From Deltaproteobacteria bacterium (GTDB lineage Bacteria > Myxococcota_A > Polyangia > Polyangiales > Houyiibacteriaceae): a DNA stretch of 64,000 nt. The notes below the pieces were generated by a model. The model searched no databases and was not told where the DNA came from. It worked only from the letters and a program-made list of their open reading frames with translations. A program made the translations under genes and the position numbers. The stretch spans positions 32,001 through 96,000 of the forward strand of contig JAXMNT010000002.1 in assembly GCA_034670305.1 (NCBI GenBank), in the 5' to 3' direction. Positions 19,643 to 30,429 of the stretch are shown piece by piece. Numbering within the stretch: the first letter of the stretch is position 1; each line of letters opens with the position of its first letter.

Positions 19643-21289
19643 GTGCCAAACGGGTGCCGAGCCAGGAACGACAGAGATCCCGCGACGGCGCGGCCGGAAC
19701 CATCGGCTCCGGCATCGGCTCCGGCATCGGCATCGGCACCGGCTTCGGCTCCGGCATCGGCTTCGGCATCGGCTTCGGCATCGGCTTCGGCATCGGCTTC
19801 GGCATCGGCTTCGGCATCGGCTTCGGCATCGGCTTCGGCATCGGCATCGGCTTCGGCTCCGGCTTCGGCTTCGGCTCCGGCCACCTCCGGGCTCCTCCTC
19901 GCACTCGCCGCAGTCGCCGCCCTCCCCGCCCCCACCTCTGGGCAGCCGCTCACCTCCAACGACTACAGCATCGACCTCACCTCGACCCCGGTCCTCGGAT
20001 CGAGCCGGATCGTCGGCCTCGGCGGCGCCCACACCGCGCTCTCCGAAGGCATGGATGCGGTGTCGTTCAACCCCGCCGCCTACGCTGCCCGCACCTTGTA
20101 CGAACTCGACGACTGGGAGTGGGAGCTCACCGGCAGCGTGTTGTTCCCCGGCTCCTTCAGCGAGCAGGACTTCTTCCTGAACGACCTGGGCGGCGGCTTC
20201 GGCACCGACAACTTCATCTTCATCGACCTCGGACTCCGCCTACAGTTCAAGGAGATCGGCGGCGGGCTCTCCTTCCAGTCCCAGATCTACGAGTACTCCG
20301 ACACCGAGAGCGTTCGATTCACGACCTGGCGGGTCGGCGGTGGCTACGCGCTGCTCGACGGAGAACTCGTCCTCGGTGCCGCGCTGCGGGTCCCGGTCAT
20401 GGCGATGGTCAGCGATGGCGAGGAGCTCGTGCGCTTCACCGGGGCCGGAGCGGAAGTCGGTGCCCTCTACCGCCCCACCGACATGCCGATCCGGCTGGGC
20501 GGCACGTTCCGAACCCCGGTCTCCAGCCAGGTGGTCGAGGACCCAGAGAACCCGACGCCGGAGCAAGTCAGTGGCTTCTTGCTGCCGGGATCGGTGCAGC
20601 TTCCGTGGGAGATCCAAGTCGGTGTCGCGGTGCAGCTCGGACCCCGGCCGCTCAACCGGCGCTACGTGCGACACAAACCCGTAGAAGACGGAGTGGTGGC
20701 CGCCCTGCGCTGGCGGTGGTGTGCGCGCGAGCGGGCCCAGGTGCGCCGAGAGATCCGCGCGGCAGGAGAGCCCATGATCCCGCTGCATTGCCCGCGATTG
20801 GAACGGCGCGCCCGCGATCGGGACTGGCGCGTGGCCGAGCGCGCCCGTCAGCGGACCGAACGAGAAGCCCTCGAGGACCGCGTCGAACGGGGAGAGGACC
20901 GGGTCGAAGCCCAATGGGAGTCTTGGTACGACGCCCTCCCCCGCCGGTACTTCCTCGCCACAACCGATTTGATCTTCACCGGTCCGGTCGACTCGGGCAT
21001 CGGCATCGACGCGTTTCTCAGGCAGCAGCAACTGCCCCGCGGCGGCGAGTGGTCCATCGGGTTCCGACTCGGCGTCGAGGGAGAACCCTGGCGCAACCGG
21101 TTGAAGTTGCGGGCCGGCATGTACGTGGAACCGGCGCGCTACCAGAACGCCGAACGGCGAACCCACGGCACGGCCGGCTTCGACCTGCGCTTGTTCCCGC
21201 TCTTCGGCACCCAGATCCGGGCCACCTTCACCTTCGACGGCGCCCGCGACTACATCAGCTGGGGCGTCGGCGTCGGCGTGTGGCACTGA
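19643..21289 (+). CDS. Putative outer-membrane beta-barrel protein (FadL/PorV-like)
   Basis: Signal-like [30 protein letters not shown]...NPAA motif; alternating beta-strands; C-terminal [10 protein letters not shown]. The nearest in-frame start (GTG 19643) lies upstream of a repeat tract, so the start is uncertain. Confidence 0.7.
   Translation: MPNGCRARNDRDPATARPEPSAPASAPASASAPASAPASASASASASASASASASASASASASASASASASAPASASAPATSGLLLALAAVAALPAPTSGQPLTSNDYSIDLTSTPVLGSSRIVGLGGAHTALSEGMDAVSFNPAAYAARTLYELDDWEWELTGSVLFPGSFSEQDFFLNDLGGGFGTDNFIFIDLGLRLQFKEIGGGLSFQSQIYEYSDTESVRFTTWRVGGGYALLDGELVLGAALRVPVMAMVSDGEELVRFTGAGAEVGALYRPTDMPIRLGGTFRTPVSSQVVEDPENPTPEQVSGFLLPGSVQLPWEIQVGVAVQLGPRPLNRRYVRHKPVEDGVVAALRWRWCARERAQVRREIRAAGEPMIPLHCPRLERRARDRDWRVAERARQRTEREALEDRVERGEDRVEAQWESWYDALPRRYFLATTDLIFTGPVDSGIGIDAFLRQQQLPRGGEWSIGFRLGVEGEPWRNRLKLRAGMYVEPARYQNAERRTHGTAGFDLRLFPLFGTQIRATFTFDGARDYISWGVGVGVWH
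19702..19880. repeat. Hexamer tract (TCGGCT/TCGGCA/CCGGCA)n inside the 5' end of the beta-barrel ORF
   Basis: About 30 units; reads (AS/AP)n in the gene's frame. Confidence 0.95.
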
Positions 21290-21292
21290 GCG

Positions 21293-21405
21293 GCCGAAGC
21301 CGACCGCGAAGCCACCGAAGCCGAAGCCGAGGCCGAAGCCGAAGCCGAAGCCGAAGCCGAAGCCGAGGCCGAGGCCGAAGCCGATCCCGAGGCCGAAGCC
21401 GATGC
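21293..21405. repeat. Hexamer tract (GCCGAA/GCCGAG)n
   Basis: Seen directly; reverse-complement orientation relative to the 19702 tract. Confidence 0.9.
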
Positions 21406-21472
21406 CTGGCCCGACTCCGCTCATGGGGGGCCGCGGCTTGAAGCGGTTGCGTCCCGCGGGTAGGAGTGGGGC

Positions 21473-22573
21473 GTGCAGTTCGTCGACGAGGTGGAGATCG
21501 AGGTTGTTGCGGGCGACGGCGGCAACGGCTGCGTCGCGTTCCGTCGCGAAAAGTTCCGGCCGCTCGGTGGCCCGATGGGCGGGGACGGTGGCAATGGTGG
21601 GCACGTGGTGCTCCATGCGCACGACCGGCTCGCGACCCTGCTCGACCTCCAGTACCGCCGGAAGATCAAAGCCGAGCGTGGCGAAGACGGCCGCGGCAAG
21701 GACCAGTTCGGCGCCGCCGGCAAGGACGCGGTGCTCATGGTGCCGATCGGCACCCAGGTGTACGACGTCGAGACGGGCGAACTGGTCGCGGACCTGGACG
21801 AACTCGACGCCAAGGTGATTGTCGCCCGCGGCGGACGCGGTGGCCGCGGCAACATGAAGTTCTCGACCGCGCAGGACCGGGCCCCCACCCACGCCGAAGA
21901 CGGGACGCTCGGCGAACGGTTTCATCTGCGGCTCGAGCTCAAGTTGCTCGCCGACGTCGGCGTGGTCGGGTTTCCGAACGTGGGCAAGAGCACGTTCATC
22001 GCGGCGGTGAGCCGGGCGCGCCCGAAGATCGCCGACTACCCCTTCACGACCCTCGTGCCCAACCTCGGCGTCGCATCGCTCGGCGAAGAACGCAGCTTCG
22101 TGATCGCCGACATTCCCGGCATCATCGAAGGCGCCGCCGAAGGCGCCGGGCTCGGCCTCCGCTTTCTGAAACACGTGGAGCGCAACCGTGTGCTCTTGCA
22201 CGTGATCTCGATCGACCCGGACCCGGAGCGGGATCCCGTCCAGGACTTCGACGTGCTCCAGAAGGAACTCGCCCGCTTCTCCGCGACCCTCGCCGAACGC
22301 CCGATGATCGTCGCGATGAGCAAGGCCGACCTGCCCGACGTGCAGGACGCGGTGGAAGAGGTCGCCGCGGCGATGAAGGAGCGCGGGCACGAGCTGCTCA
22401 CGTTCAGCAGCGCCGCCCGTCAGGGTCTGGACGAACTTCTGGCCGCCATCGAACAGGTGCTGATCGCGAACCCACGCGAGAACCTGCCGCCGCCCGTCAC
22501 CCTGCCGTCGGCGAGCGATCGACCCCACGGCGACGCGACCGGGTTCCCCACCCGCGCGTCCGACGAAGACTGA
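21473..22573 (+). CDS. obgE: GTPase ObgE/CgtA
   Basis: MQFVDEVEIEVVAGDGGNG, GFPNVGKST, PKIADYPFTTL, DIPG; AGGAG SD upstream of the GTG. Confidence 0.97.
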   Translation: MQFVDEVEIEVVAGDGGNGCVAFRREKFRPLGGPMGGDGGNGGHVVLHAHDRLATLLDLQYRRKIKAERGEDGRGKDQFGAAGKDAVLMVPIGTQVYDVETGELVADLDELDAKVIVARGGRGGRGNMKFSTAQDRAPTHAEDGTLGERFHLRLELKLLADVGVVGFPNVGKSTFIAAVSRARPKIADYPFTTLVPNLGVASLGEERSFVIADIPGIIEGAAEGAGLGLRFLKHVERNRVLLHVISIDPDPERDPVQDFDVLQKELARFSATLAERPMIVAMSKADLPDVQDAVEEVAAAMKERGHELLTFSSAARQGLDELLAAIEQVLIANPRENLPPPVTLPSASDRPHGDATGFPTRASDED

Positions 22574-23573
22574 GCGCCAACAGCACAGGCAGCACGACCG
22601 CGGGCCATCCGTGGTTCGAAGACCCTGGCGTGCGGCAACTGCACCCACCCTCATCGGTCGGGGCGCCGGCATCGGCACCGTCTCCACCATCGGACGCGCC
22701 CCCCCCGTCGATCCCCGAGTCCATCGGCCCGGCGTCGCCAGGGCCCGCGTCCATCGGGTCGCCGGCATCCACGCCCGCGTCCGGTCCGGGCGGGGCGCTC
22801 TGCACTTCGATGCGGATGCCCCAGTCTCCGTTCACCCGCACGCGGGTGTCCTCGTTCCACACCCAGCCGAGTCCCCCGGCATAGAGCAACGAACGTTCGG
22901 GGGCGATGCGTCCATCCGCATCCCGGAGCGGGAACATGCCAGGCGAGGGGAGCGACGCGTCCGCGCAGGTGGAGCTTCTGTCGCCGACCTCTTCCAGGAG
23001 CTCCACCGTGATCCGGAGGTAGGTGTTTGGCGGGTCCACGTGCAGGAGCGGTTCCCCGTCGTCGACCAGATCGAGCTGGTTGAAGTTCACCGCGTACATC
23101 GCCCCGCCTTCGCTGTCGGCGGCGGACCGGGTCAGCGGGATCTCATCCACTTCCAAGACCACGGTCTCCTCCGGCCACACCCCATCTTGCGGCAGACCGG
23201 TGATGTCTCCGGTCGGAGGCGTCACGCCCGCGTAGATGCCGAGGTTCGCAAGCGCGGTGCCTGTCTCGGTCGAGGATTGGCAACTGCCCGCCACCACCCG
23301 CGCGCTGCCGACCGCGACCCGAACGTTGCGCAGGTCGAGGGGAAAGTCGGACGCGTCGAGGCCGCGGGCCGGGGCCGGCAAGTCCCGGAAGACCACCCCG
23401 AACTTCTCGCCGGCGCAGAACCCGCACGTGAGCGCGGTCGGGGAATCGCCGCCGAGGGTGTCGAACGCCACCACCCGCTGGGCATCCGCGCTCGACGGCG
23501 TCGACGCGAGCACCACGGCGAAGGCTGCGAGTCGGACGAGAGGGCGTGATCGGTGAACCGGTGAGGGGCGCAT
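22497..23573 (-). CDS. Secreted protein with MYXO-CTERM sorting signal
   Basis: N-terminal signal peptide; DAG-rich linker; C-terminal GGCSCRT...WPAVVLPVLLALSLRRTR. Confidence 0.82.
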   Translation of the reverse strand: MRPSPVHRSRPLVRLAAFAVVLASTPSSADAQRVVAFDTLGGDSPTALTCGFCAGEKFGVVFRDLPAPARGLDASDFPLDLRNVRVAVGSARVVAGSCQSSTETGTALANLGIYAGVTPPTGDITGLPQDGVWPEETVVLEVDEIPLTRSAADSEGGAMYAVNFNQLDLVDDGEPLLHVDPPNTYLRITVELLEEVGDRSSTCADASLPSPGMFPLRDADGRIAPERSLLYAGGLGWVWNEDTRVRVNGDWGIRIEVQSAPPGPDAGVDAGDPMDAGPGDAGPMDSGIDGGGASDGGDGADAGAPTDEGGCSCRTPGSSNHGWPAVVLPVLLALSLRRTRGWGTRSRRRGVDRSPTAG

Positions 23574-23601
23574 GGGCCCAGCCTACGATACGGTCCGCTC
23601 C

Positions 23602-24573
23602 GTGACGACGGCTGAGCCCGACGCGCTCAAACGCGCCCTGATCGAGAGAGCCGAAGCGCTCGGCTTCGAACGCTGCGGGTTTGCGCGCGCCGAGGCGCTG
23701 ACGCCGGAGGGCGGCCAGCTGGACGCGATGATCGAAGCGGGCCGCCACGGCGACATGGAGTGGCTCGCCGACACCAAGGACGTGCGCGCCGATCCGAACC
23801 ACCCCGGCATGCTCCCGGCCGCCCGCACCGTGGTCGTGCTGGTCGCGCCCTACGCACGCGCCGATGCGCCGCTGCTCCCGCCGCCCTTCAAAGTCGCCCG
23901 CTACGCGGCCGGCCGCGACTACCACAACGTTCTGCGCAAGCGGCTGCAGAAACTCGAGAAGTGGCTGCGCTCGATGGGCCACGAAGTCCGCCACTCGGTC
24001 GACTCCCGCCCAGTGCTCGAACGCGCGTGGGCCGAGCGTGCGGGCGTCGGGTTCGTTGGCAAGAACTGCTGCCTCATCGTCCCCGGCCTCGGCTCCCACC
24101 TCTTCCTCGCGACGCTGGTGACGTCCGCCGAGATCGCGCCGGACCCGCCGATGAAGCGACGCTGCGGCGATTGTCGGCTCTGCCTCGACGTGTGCCCGAC
24201 CGACGCGTTCGTGGAGCCGCGGGTGCTCGATGCCCGTCGATGCATCTCCTACCTGACGATCGAACAAGAGGGCGAGATCGAACCGGCGCTGGCCGCGCGG
24301 CTGGATGGATGGGTCTTCGGCTGCGATGCCTGCCAAGACATCTGTCCCTACAACCGCACGTCGTTGCCGGACGAATCCACCACCGAGCCGTTCGCCCGGC
24401 ATCCACGCTGGGATGTGCCGGTCGAGCGGCTCATGGGGATGAACGACCACGAATTCGACCAGTGGTCGCTCGGATCGCCCCTGCGCCGAACAGGCCGAAC
24501 TCGGTTTCAGCGCAACCTGAAGCTGGTCCTCGCCCACCCGCCCAAGTCCCCCGACGGAGACGGGCGACATTGA
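23602..24573 (+). CDS. queG: tRNA epoxyqueuosine(34) reductase
   Basis: ARYAAGRDYH, VDSRPVLERAWA, CGDCRLCLDVCPT, RCISYLTIE, FGCDACQDICPYN. Start GTG 23602 or ATG 23572. Confidence 0.95.
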   Translation: MTTAEPDALKRALIERAEALGFERCGFARAEALTPEGGQLDAMIEAGRHGDMEWLADTKDVRADPNHPGMLPAARTVVVLVAPYARADAPLLPPPFKVARYAAGRDYHNVLRKRLQKLEKWLRSMGHEVRHSVDSRPVLERAWAERAGVGFVGKNCCLIVPGLGSHLFLATLVTSAEIAPDPPMKRRCGDCRLCLDVCPTDAFVEPRVLDARRCISYLTIEQEGEIEPALAARLDGWVFGCDACQDICPYNRTSLPDESTTEPFARHPRWDVPVERLMGMNDHEFDQWSLGSPLRRTGRTRFQRNLKLVLAHPPKSPDGDGRH

Positions 24574-24605
24574 CCGCGTGGCGCCCGGTCCCTTACGTTG
24601 ATCGC

Positions 24606-25457
24606 ATGCTTGATTGGTTTTCGCGGGGAGGCCTGACGTCCTGCCTCGTGGTGTGTGTGGTTGGCATCGGCTGCGGCGACGACGATCGACCGGGCGGCAT
24701 GGACGCCGGGCGCGACGCCACCACCGCGGATGCCGGCGTGGATGCACCCTCCGGATGCATGAGCGAAGCCGAATGCGACGATGGCTTCGCGTGCACGATC
24801 GACATGTGCACGGTCGACCGAATCTGCCGCCACACCCCACTCAACGAACGGTGCGAAGACGGCGAGCTCTGCACGCTCGACCGCGGATGTGCCTCGGGCT
24901 GCGTGACCGGCGAAGACTGCGACGACGGCAACTTCTGCGACGGGGTCGAGCGCTGCATCGCCGGCGACTGCTTCGAAGCCCTCGAACCCGTCGACTGCGA
25001 CGACGGCAACGCCTGTTCGATCGACTCGTGCGACCCCGAGGCCGGCGCGACCGGCGCGTGTTCGTACGACGTCAGCGCGTGCGACGCCGGCGTCCCGATG
25101 GGCGACGGAGGCATGCCGCCGGTCGATTTCGACCCCGACGTGCACTACGAGGGGCGCTTCGTGGTCGCCCCCGCACCGAGCCTCGGCTGTCCACCGGCCA
25201 GCTACTCCTTCAGTGAAGTGCGCATGACCATCGTGGGCGACGAGCTGCGGATCACCGCCGACCGCTTCACCCTCATCCAGAACCCGCGACCGACCGGCAA
25301 CATGTTCGACGCGAGCAGCACCGCGGACGCGAACTGCAATCCGGTCCGTCTGGTCGGTTCGTTCTCCGACTCGAACCTCTTGAGTGCGACCTGGACAGCG
25401 AGCTGCAGCGGCTTTTGCGGCAACCAAACCCGAGAAATCGTGGGAGAGCGAAGATGA
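24606..25457 (+). CDS. Cys-rich lipoprotein with CDDGNxCTxDxC (Dictyostelium CTDC-like) repeats
   Basis: Signal ending VVGIGC; CDDGFACTIDMC, CDDGNFCDGVERC, CDDGNACSIDSC; beta-rich C-terminal domain. Confidence 0.8.
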   Translation: MLDWFSRGGLTSCLVVCVVGIGCGDDDRPGGMDAGRDATTADAGVDAPSGCMSEAECDDGFACTIDMCTVDRICRHTPLNERCEDGELCTLDRGCASGCVTGEDCDDGNFCDGVERCIAGDCFEALEPVDCDDGNACSIDSCDPEAGATGACSYDVSACDAGVPMGDGGMPPVDFDPDVHYEGRFVVAPAPSLGCPPASYSFSEVRMTIVGDELRITADRFTLIQNPRPTGNMFDASSTADANCNPVRLVGSFSDSNLLSATWTASCSGFCGNQTREIVGERR

Positions 25458-26668
25458 CTGCGTTTCGAGAAGCCAGCACCGGACGTGACTGGAAGATCCT
25501 CATCGGTGTGCTGGTGTGCTTCGGGGTCGCGTGCGGCGGAGACGACGACCGGAGCCGGATGGACGCGGGCGGCGGCGGGCGCGACGGCGGCGGAAGCTGC
25601 GAGAACGACGAAGACTGCGACGACTCGGCGGCCTGTACGATCGACTCCTGCGGGGTCGGCAACACCTGCCGCTACGATCCGATCGCGGAGCGTTGTCCCG
25701 GACAGATCTGCGAGCCCTTCCGCGGCTGCGTGGACGAGCCGAGCTGCACCTCGGACGAAGCGTGCGACGACGGGTTCAGTTGCACGCTCGACAGCTGCGG
25801 TGTGGGTGGCGAGTGCCGGAACATGCCGCTCGACGAGCTGTGTGAATCGGTCGGTCCGGGATCCACATGCGCACCGGCAACGGGCATGGCGACCACCGGC
25901 TGCACCGAAGCCACCGGTTGTGCGGGCGACGAGGACTGCGACGACGAGGTGGAATGCACCCTCGACGTCTGCGGCGTGGACGCGATGTGCGACCACACGC
26001 TGATCGATGAGCGCTGCCCCGAGGGCGAAGCCTGCACCCTCACCGGCTGCTTCGCACCGATGGACTGCACCGACAGCGACATGTGTCAGGACGGCGACTT
26101 CTGCAACGGCGCCGAGTTCTGCGAAGACGAGTTCGGCTGCCGCCCTTCGCCGGCGCCACGCGTCTGCATGGACACCGACGACTGCACCATCGACAGCTGC
26201 GAACCCTCACTCGGTGACGGCGGCGCGTGTCTCTTCCGCTGCGACACCTCCCGCCCCGAGTGCGACTGCCCCGTCGCGGAGACTCCGTGCGACGGAATCT
26301 TCGACATCTCCCCGGTCCCGACCCAGCGCTGCGCCGACTTCGGGAGCGCCCAGGTCGACTACTCGGTCTCAGAGGTCGAGTTCTCCTGCATCGGATCGGT
26401 GCTCAGCGTCGACGCCCGCGACGTGCCGAACCCCTCGATCAACTCCGCGCTCACCCAGTCCCCCCGCTCCGGCGACGACACCTTCATGGTGGAAGCCGTG
26501 GTCGAAGGTGGCTGCGAAGAGCGCTACCGCATCACCGCCACCTTCGTCGACGAGACGACGTTCATGGGCACCTGGGAAGCCGAGTACATCGAGGTCAGCG
26601 GTCTCGGCGAGTGCGCCTTCAGCGGTTGTCGAAACCAAACCGTCGCCATCACCGGCACCCGCCGCTGA
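25454..26668 (+). CDS. Cys-rich lipoprotein with CTDC-like repeats, paralog of the preceding gene
   Basis: ATGA overlap; lipobox FGVAC; five CDDxxxCTxDxC-type repeats; shared C-terminal C.NQT..I.G.RR. Confidence 0.82.
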   Translation: MTAFREASTGRDWKILIGVLVCFGVACGGDDDRSRMDAGGGGRDGGGSCENDEDCDDSAACTIDSCGVGNTCRYDPIAERCPGQICEPFRGCVDEPSCTSDEACDDGFSCTLDSCGVGGECRNMPLDELCESVGPGSTCAPATGMATTGCTEATGCAGDEDCDDEVECTLDVCGVDAMCDHTLIDERCPEGEACTLTGCFAPMDCTDSDMCQDGDFCNGAEFCEDEFGCRPSPAPRVCMDTDDCTIDSCEPSLGDGGACLFRCDTSRPECDCPVAETPCDGIFDISPVPTQRCADFGSAQVDYSVSEVEFSCIGSVLSVDARDVPNPSINSALTQSPRSGDDTFMVEAVVEGGCEERYRITATFVDETTFMGTWEAEYIEVSGLGECAFSGCRNQTVAITGTRR

Positions 26669-26682
26669 ACAAGTAGCCACCG

Positions 26683-26912
26683 TTCGGCATCGGATTCGGC
26701 GTCGGCTTCGGCTTCGGCTTCGGCATCGGCGTCGGCTTCGGCGTCGGCGTCGGCTTCGGAATCGGCTTCGGCTTCGGCTTCGGCTTCGGCGTCGGGTTCG
26801 GAATCGGCTTCGGCGTCGGCGTCGGGTTCGGCTTCGGCTTCGGCGTCGGGTTCGGAATCGGCTTCGGCGTCGGCTTCGGCTTCGGCTTCGGCTTCGGCAT
26901 CGGCGTCGGCGT
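26683..26912. repeat. Hexamer tract (TCGGCN/TCGGGT/TCGGAA)n
   Basis: About 38 units directly after the stop of 25454..26668. Confidence 0.95.
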
Positions 26913-27122
26913 CTACATGGGGATTGTCGCTCCGCGGCTGGGCTCGACCTCCTCGTCGGATGCCTCCTGCGGGGGCCGACCGCTCGCTCCGCTCGACTGC
27001 CCCACCGCTCTTCTACATGGGGATTGTCGCTCCGCGGCTGGGCTCGACCTCCTCGTCGGATGCCTCCTGCGGGGGCCGACCGCTCGCTCCGCTCGACTGC
27101 CCCACCGCTCCGCGACAATCCC
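26912..27122. repeat. Exact tandem duplication of a 99-bp palindromic (REP/MITE-like) unit
   Basis: 26912-27010 is identical to 27012-27110; GGGATTGTCGC (27020-27030) and GCGACAATCCC (27112-27122) form an 11-bp inverted repeat. Confidence 0.9.
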
Positions 27123-27145
27123 GCGGTTCGGCTTCGGCTTCGGTG

Positions 27146-27541
27146 CTACCGCCCCGGGTGCCGATGCACCCCGCACACCTCGCTCGTACACACATCCTCG
27201 CGCCCCGTCAGCCGCAGCCGGTTGCGCGCGAACCACTGGTACCCGACCTCTGCGAGGTGTCGCACGCCCGGCAAGCGGGTGATGGTCACCAACGGGCCGA
27301 GCCCGACCGCGCTGTACAACCGCCGGAACACCTCCACCCCTTCGATCCACTCGCCATTCGCGCGGCCCTGGATGTGGCCCATGAAGGTGGAGAGCGTTCG
27401 CCCGTAGAGGCTCGCATCGAACGTGGGCTCGGAGATGTCGGTGAACTGGATGGACCGACGGCGATCCAACTTCTGGAGCAATCGAATCTCCCGCACACAA
27501 AGCGGACAGTCTCCGTCGTAGAACACTTCGATCTCAGCCAT
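27146..27541 (-). CDS. DCC1-like thiol-disulfide oxidoreductase (DUF393)
   Basis: [14 protein letters not shown] and YQWFARNR motifs. Confidence 0.9.
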   Translation of the reverse strand: MAEIEVFYDGDCPLCVREIRLLQKLDRRRSIQFTDISEPTFDASLYGRTLSTFMGHIQGRANGEWIEGVEVFRRLYSAVGLGPLVTITRLPGVRHLAEVGYQWFARNRLRLTGREDVCTSEVCGVHRHPGR

Positions 27542-29360
27542 GCGCATCCTCCTCGTCGTTCGGTCGGGCCGGGGGACGATCGGGGTCGTCGTCTTCTGAG
27601 CTGTCCTCGGACTCTTCTTCGGATGCCCCGTCTCCATCGGATGCACCATCGGGCGCGGACTCGGCCTCGCCCTCTCCCTCGCCCTCAGCCTCGCCCTCTT
27701 CGGGTGGGCTTTCTTCGCGCTCGGCTTCGGTTCCCCACGTCGGGTCCGATCCCTGCGGCACCAGCGATCGAGGTTGCAGGCCGTCCTGAAACGGGGTGTC
27801 GCTTCGGGGTTGAGGCGAACTCGAGGGTGGGTTCGCGAGGATGTACGGCTCGGCGTTGAACGTGCCGCACTGGCGGTTGTTGCGGTTGAAGGTCCAGTGC
27901 ACGTACGCCCGACCGTCGCCGGACAGGATGCGGTCCGGCGGCGCGGGGTACGGCGCGGCCCGCATCACGGCGTTGTACGCACCGTAGTCGAAGGGCAGCA
28001 GCCCACTCGTGCGCACGATCCCCACCCGATGCAGCGAGCCATCGCGGTTGAAGATGATCTCCAGTTTGGTCAAGAGCCCCATGTCGTTGAACGGGTTGCC
28101 CGCCGACGCTGGGATGTTGTCGATGAACCCCTGCACGTACTGCGGGTGGATCCGGCGGTGCACCGCCGAGATGTAGTTCGCGAACGGCGACGCTGCGGCG
28201 TTGAGGGAGGTCTGGTTGCCGGGCCGTACCTCGGAGCGGTAGTTCTCGAGCGCGGCACGAAAGTCCGACCACCGCTGCTCGCGCTCCCGTTGGTGCCCAC
28301 GCTGCTTGCTGAGCCGCTGTTGGGCATACGCCTGACGCTCACGGGCGAGCGTGTCGGTCCCGACGGCGCGCTCGAAATCATTCCACGAGAGGCGGGTGCC
28401 CGGCGCACCCACGCCAAGCCCCCGTCGCCCCGTGCCTCGGCCCCGCCGCGCACGTTGACCAGAGCGCGCTTCGCGTTCGCCGCCTTCCCCTGCGACCGTT
28501 CCTTCGGGTTGTACCCGGCGCCGGACGGTGAACGTGCCGATGCCGTCGCTGAGCGTCACCGTCTCCCACGCATCGGGTGGATCGCCGCCGCCGGCCGACT
28601 GCGCCGCACGCTCGCGCTGCGCCCGCGCCCCTTCTTCGGGGTTGTGGCGGGCCAAGGCTTGTTCTGCGCCCACGGACTCTTCGCCCACGGCCGACTGCTG
28701 GGCCAGTTCCGCGGCGATGTCGTTCTCCGCATCCTCCGCCGCAGCTTCTTCGTCCGCGTTGCCGAGGTCGGTGGACTCGGTCTGCTCCAGCGGTTCGCCC
28801 GCAGAGAGTTCTTCCGAGTCCTGCACCAGGCTGGTCAACTCCGCGACGGTCTCTTCTTCGACCCGGTTGTTCTCTTCCGCCAAGTACTGCGCATTCTCCG
28901 GCGCCTCCACAGTGGGATCCTGCGATCGTTGGGTGACCGCCGGGACGTCGCGCCGACCATCCGGCGGCACCGTCTCGTGCTCCTCCGGTTCGGGCTCAGG
29001 CTCCGGTTCGGGTTCGGGCTCCGGTTCGGGTTCATCGAGGCGTTCCGGGTCAACAGGCTGCGGGATGCTGGGGCCGTCTTCGAGTGCGCCCTCCGCTTCG
29101 GCGGGCGGCGCCTCCGGCTCTGGCACCCCATCCCCACTCGGCGGCTCGGGCTCCGGAAGCTCCACCTCCCACGAGCTGGCGTCCCCCACTTCCATCCACT
29201 CGGTGGGCTCCGGCCGCTGAGACTCGAGCAGCGCCATCCACTCGCGTGCTTTCACCCCCAGCCAGGTGTGGGCGCCGGTATGGAGAAAGAGCGACAGGGC
29301 GAGCGCAGCGAGCGCCACCCACCACACCGGTTCACCATTGCGTTTGAGACCAGGCCGCAC
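27534..29360 (-). CDS. TonB/TolA-like energy transducer with C-terminal TonB domain
   Basis: N-terminal TM with SLFLH; (EP)n linker; [45 protein letters not shown]. Confidence 0.8.
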   Translation of the reverse strand: MRPGLKRNGEPVWWVALAALALSLFLHTGAHTWLGVKAREWMALLESQRPEPTEWMEVGDASSWEVELPEPEPPSGDGVPEPEAPPAEAEGALEDGPSIPQPVDPERLDEPEPEPEPEPEPEPEPEEHETVPPDGRRDVPAVTQRSQDPTVEAPENAQYLAEENNRVEEETVAELTSLVQDSEELSAGEPLEQTESTDLGNADEEAAAEDAENDIAAELAQQSAVGEESVGAEQALARHNPEEGARAQRERAAQSAGGGDPPDAWETVTLSDGIGTFTVRRRVQPEGTVAGEGGEREARSGQRARRGRGTGRRGLGVGAPGTRLSWNDFERAVGTDTLARERQAYAQQRLSKQRGHQREREQRWSDFRAALENYRSEVRPGNQTSLNAAASPFANYISAVHRRIHPQYVQGFIDNIPASAGNPFNDMGLLTKLEIIFNRDGSLHRVGIVRTSGLLPFDYGAYNAVMRAAPYPAPPDRILSGDGRAYVHWTFNRNNRQCGTFNAEPYILANPPSSSPQPRSDTPFQDGLQPRSLVPQGSDPTWGTEAEREESPPEEGEAEGEGEGEAESAPDGASDGDGASEEESEDSSEDDDPDRPPARPNDEEDAHG

Positions 29361-29517
29361 CCCCTCACCCTACGGCCTCCGCAGTGCCGCGCCAACGTTC
29401 CGTGCGCTGGGCCGACGCAGTGTCGGCCCGAGGTGCGGGGTCTCGATCGAGACGGAATGACACAGCGGATGCGAACCGATGTTCACACCCGCTGAAGGTC
29501 ATTCGAACTGTCTCAGG

Positions 29518-30174
29518 CTAGCGAACGCGGACCGTCGCCGAACGGGTCCTCGTGCCGCCCCCACCCCGTACCGTCGTGGTTCGGGTCCGGGTCGTGCGGG
29601 TGTTGGTGTTCACTCGCGTGTTGCGTCGCCGGGTTGGGGTCGAAACCCGCGTGTTGGTGCGGACCCCGCGGTTCGAGCGAACCGTCGTGGTGCGTCGGAC
29701 CGGCTGGCTGCGGACGGTCGTGGTGCGCCGCACTGGCTGACTTCGTACGACCGTTCCACCCCGGTTGCCCCGGACGACCACGGTGCCGCCGTTGCCACGA
29801 TACCCGCGGTTGTTGGTCCGCACGACCGTGGTGCCGCCGTTGCCTCGCCAGTTCCCCTGGACGTAGACGTAGCCGTTGCCACGTCGTTCCCAGCGGGGCT
29901 GGACGTAGACGTAACCCTGGCGGGGCTGCTGGTAGTAGCCGTCCACCCACACGTACTGGGCGCCGTTCCACTGGTAGTGACCGTCGACCCAGATGGCGCC
30001 CTGGTAGGGCATCTGCGGGCGGTTCACCACCACGCGCCGCGCGGGCGGCGGCTGGTACACGACGGTTCCGGAGACCTGCGCCGTGCCGTAGACGGGCGGG
30101 CGAATGTAACAACCGGAGGCGCCGAACGCCCCGAACCCGATCGCGGCGGCCAAAAGAGTGGGGGTGAGCTTCAT
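29518..30174 (-). CDS. YXWGXW-repeat lipoprotein with Arg/Thr-rich tail
   Basis: MKLTPTLLAAAIGFGAFGASGC lipobox; IWVDGHYQW, YVWVDGYY, YVYVQPRW, YVYVQGNW. Confidence 0.85.
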   Translation of the reverse strand: MKLTPTLLAAAIGFGAFGASGCYIRPPVYGTAQVSGTVVYQPPPARRVVVNRPQMPYQGAIWVDGHYQWNGAQYVWVDGYYQQPRQGYVYVQPRWERRGNGYVYVQGNWRGNGGTTVVRTNNRGYRGNGGTVVVRGNRGGTVVRSQPVRRTTTVRSQPVRRTTTVRSNRGVRTNTRVSTPTRRRNTRVNTNTRTTRTRTTTVRGGGGTRTRSATVRVR

Positions 30175-30429
30175 GTTCTTGTTCCTTGAGGGTGGGCCTG
30201 AGAGCCGTGTCGCACTGTAATCATGTCTGGGAAAGTTGCAGAAACTTGCAGCGGCTCGGGACAGAATCCGCAGCGCGCGTGACGGGTCGCGGAGCAACCG
30301 TTGCAAGCATGATGCCTGGCCGGAGCGCGTTTGAGAACTGAGACCACGACCGCGCTGAGAACCGACTCGACACGCCCACCGAGAAATGGTTGGGTCGCCG
30401 GCCGGCGCTGGACTGAGGAACGAACAGAC

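Noticed and set aside
22497-22573. 77-bp convergent overlap of obgE and the MYXO-CTERM gene as an antisense system
   Set aside because: Both overlapping tails look non-conserved; such 3' overlaps are common in GC-rich genomes.
26912-27110. Duplicated 99-mer as a DGR template/variable repeat pair
   Set aside because: Copies are identical with no adenine-specific differences, they are non-coding, and no reverse transcriptase is nearby.
28983-29032. (EP)n repeat in the TonB-like gene as another anomalous tract
   Set aside because: Glu-Pro linkers are normal in TonB proteins.
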